A stretch of DNA of 63,711 nucleotides, counting the filler, from Octopus bimaculoides (lineage: Eukaryota): the NCBI RefSeq assembly GCF_001194135.2. It is 3 parts of 3 records of this genome, joined end to end, with 100 filler letters (N's around TTAATTAATTAA, not from the genome) between each part and the next. Parts side by side here need not be neighbours in the genome. Positions count along the whole stretch, not along the records: positions 59,671 to 63,711 come from NC_068984.1; 2 more parts are not named here. The stretch is one strand, 5' to 3'. Position numbers and translations under genes: made by a program. Under the pieces are notes generated by a model. That model was not told the DNA's origin. It searched no databases and saw nothing but the letters and a program-made list of their open reading frames with translations. This document shows positions 63,286 through 63,711 of the stretch, one piece after another. Numbering within the stretch: the first letter of the stretch is position 1; each line of letters opens with the position of its first letter.

Positions 63286-63624
63286 ACACAAACATGTAGT
63301 AATGTACTACTTGGTGAATAAAATGGTCGTTATGGATGAGGTAGTCGGTTCAAACAAGAACTGGAGCATTTAGTAGTGATTGCTTCAGAAGCGCGTCATG
63401 TTACATATTATTAATTTCAGATTTGTTTGGTGTTGATAACAGTTCTACATGTTTGTTTTATGTATGTTTATACATGAGCGTATGTGTGTATGTGTATGTT
63501 GGGGAGGGGGGGGCATGTTTGTGTCTTTGAGCTTTTTATTTCTACAAGAGCACATACATTCCACAGCATACACAATTCACACCCACACACACGCACACAC
63601 GCCCGCACACATGCACACTTGCAA

Positions 63625-63665
<41 letters not shown>

Positions 63666-63676
63666 AAGACAGAGAG

Positions 63677-63711
<35 letters not shown>

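Overview
AT-rich, microsatellite-saturated, gap-ridden metazoan scaffold. The repeat families look like those I recall from Octopus; that assignment is unverified. Almost every ORF in the supplied track is an artefact of simple repeats or N-gaps. The window is mostly intron/intergenic DNA built from at least five tRNA-derived or tail-sharing SINE-like families (called A-E here) and decayed fragments of Penelope-like, RLE-type (R4/Dong-like), RTE and CR1-like retrotransposons and Tc1/mariner transposases. Host-gene evidence is limited to two well-bounded plus-strand exons (49428-49499, 58310-58349) of an unidentified gene. The most striking signal is a set of minimal type I hammerhead ribozyme motifs. 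One is fully intact (37516-37561). At up to four loci they occur as head-to-head inverted pairs forming palindromic, MITE-like elements, and the window also holds a Penelope fragment with its own 3' hammerhead-like motif and an unusual in-frame ~126-codon insert between the GIY and YIG motifs. Two 100-bp N44-TTAATTAATTAA-N44 spacers (29664-29763, 59571-59670) are artificial joins, so contiguity across them is not guaranteed. Repeat boundaries are approximate and read by eye.
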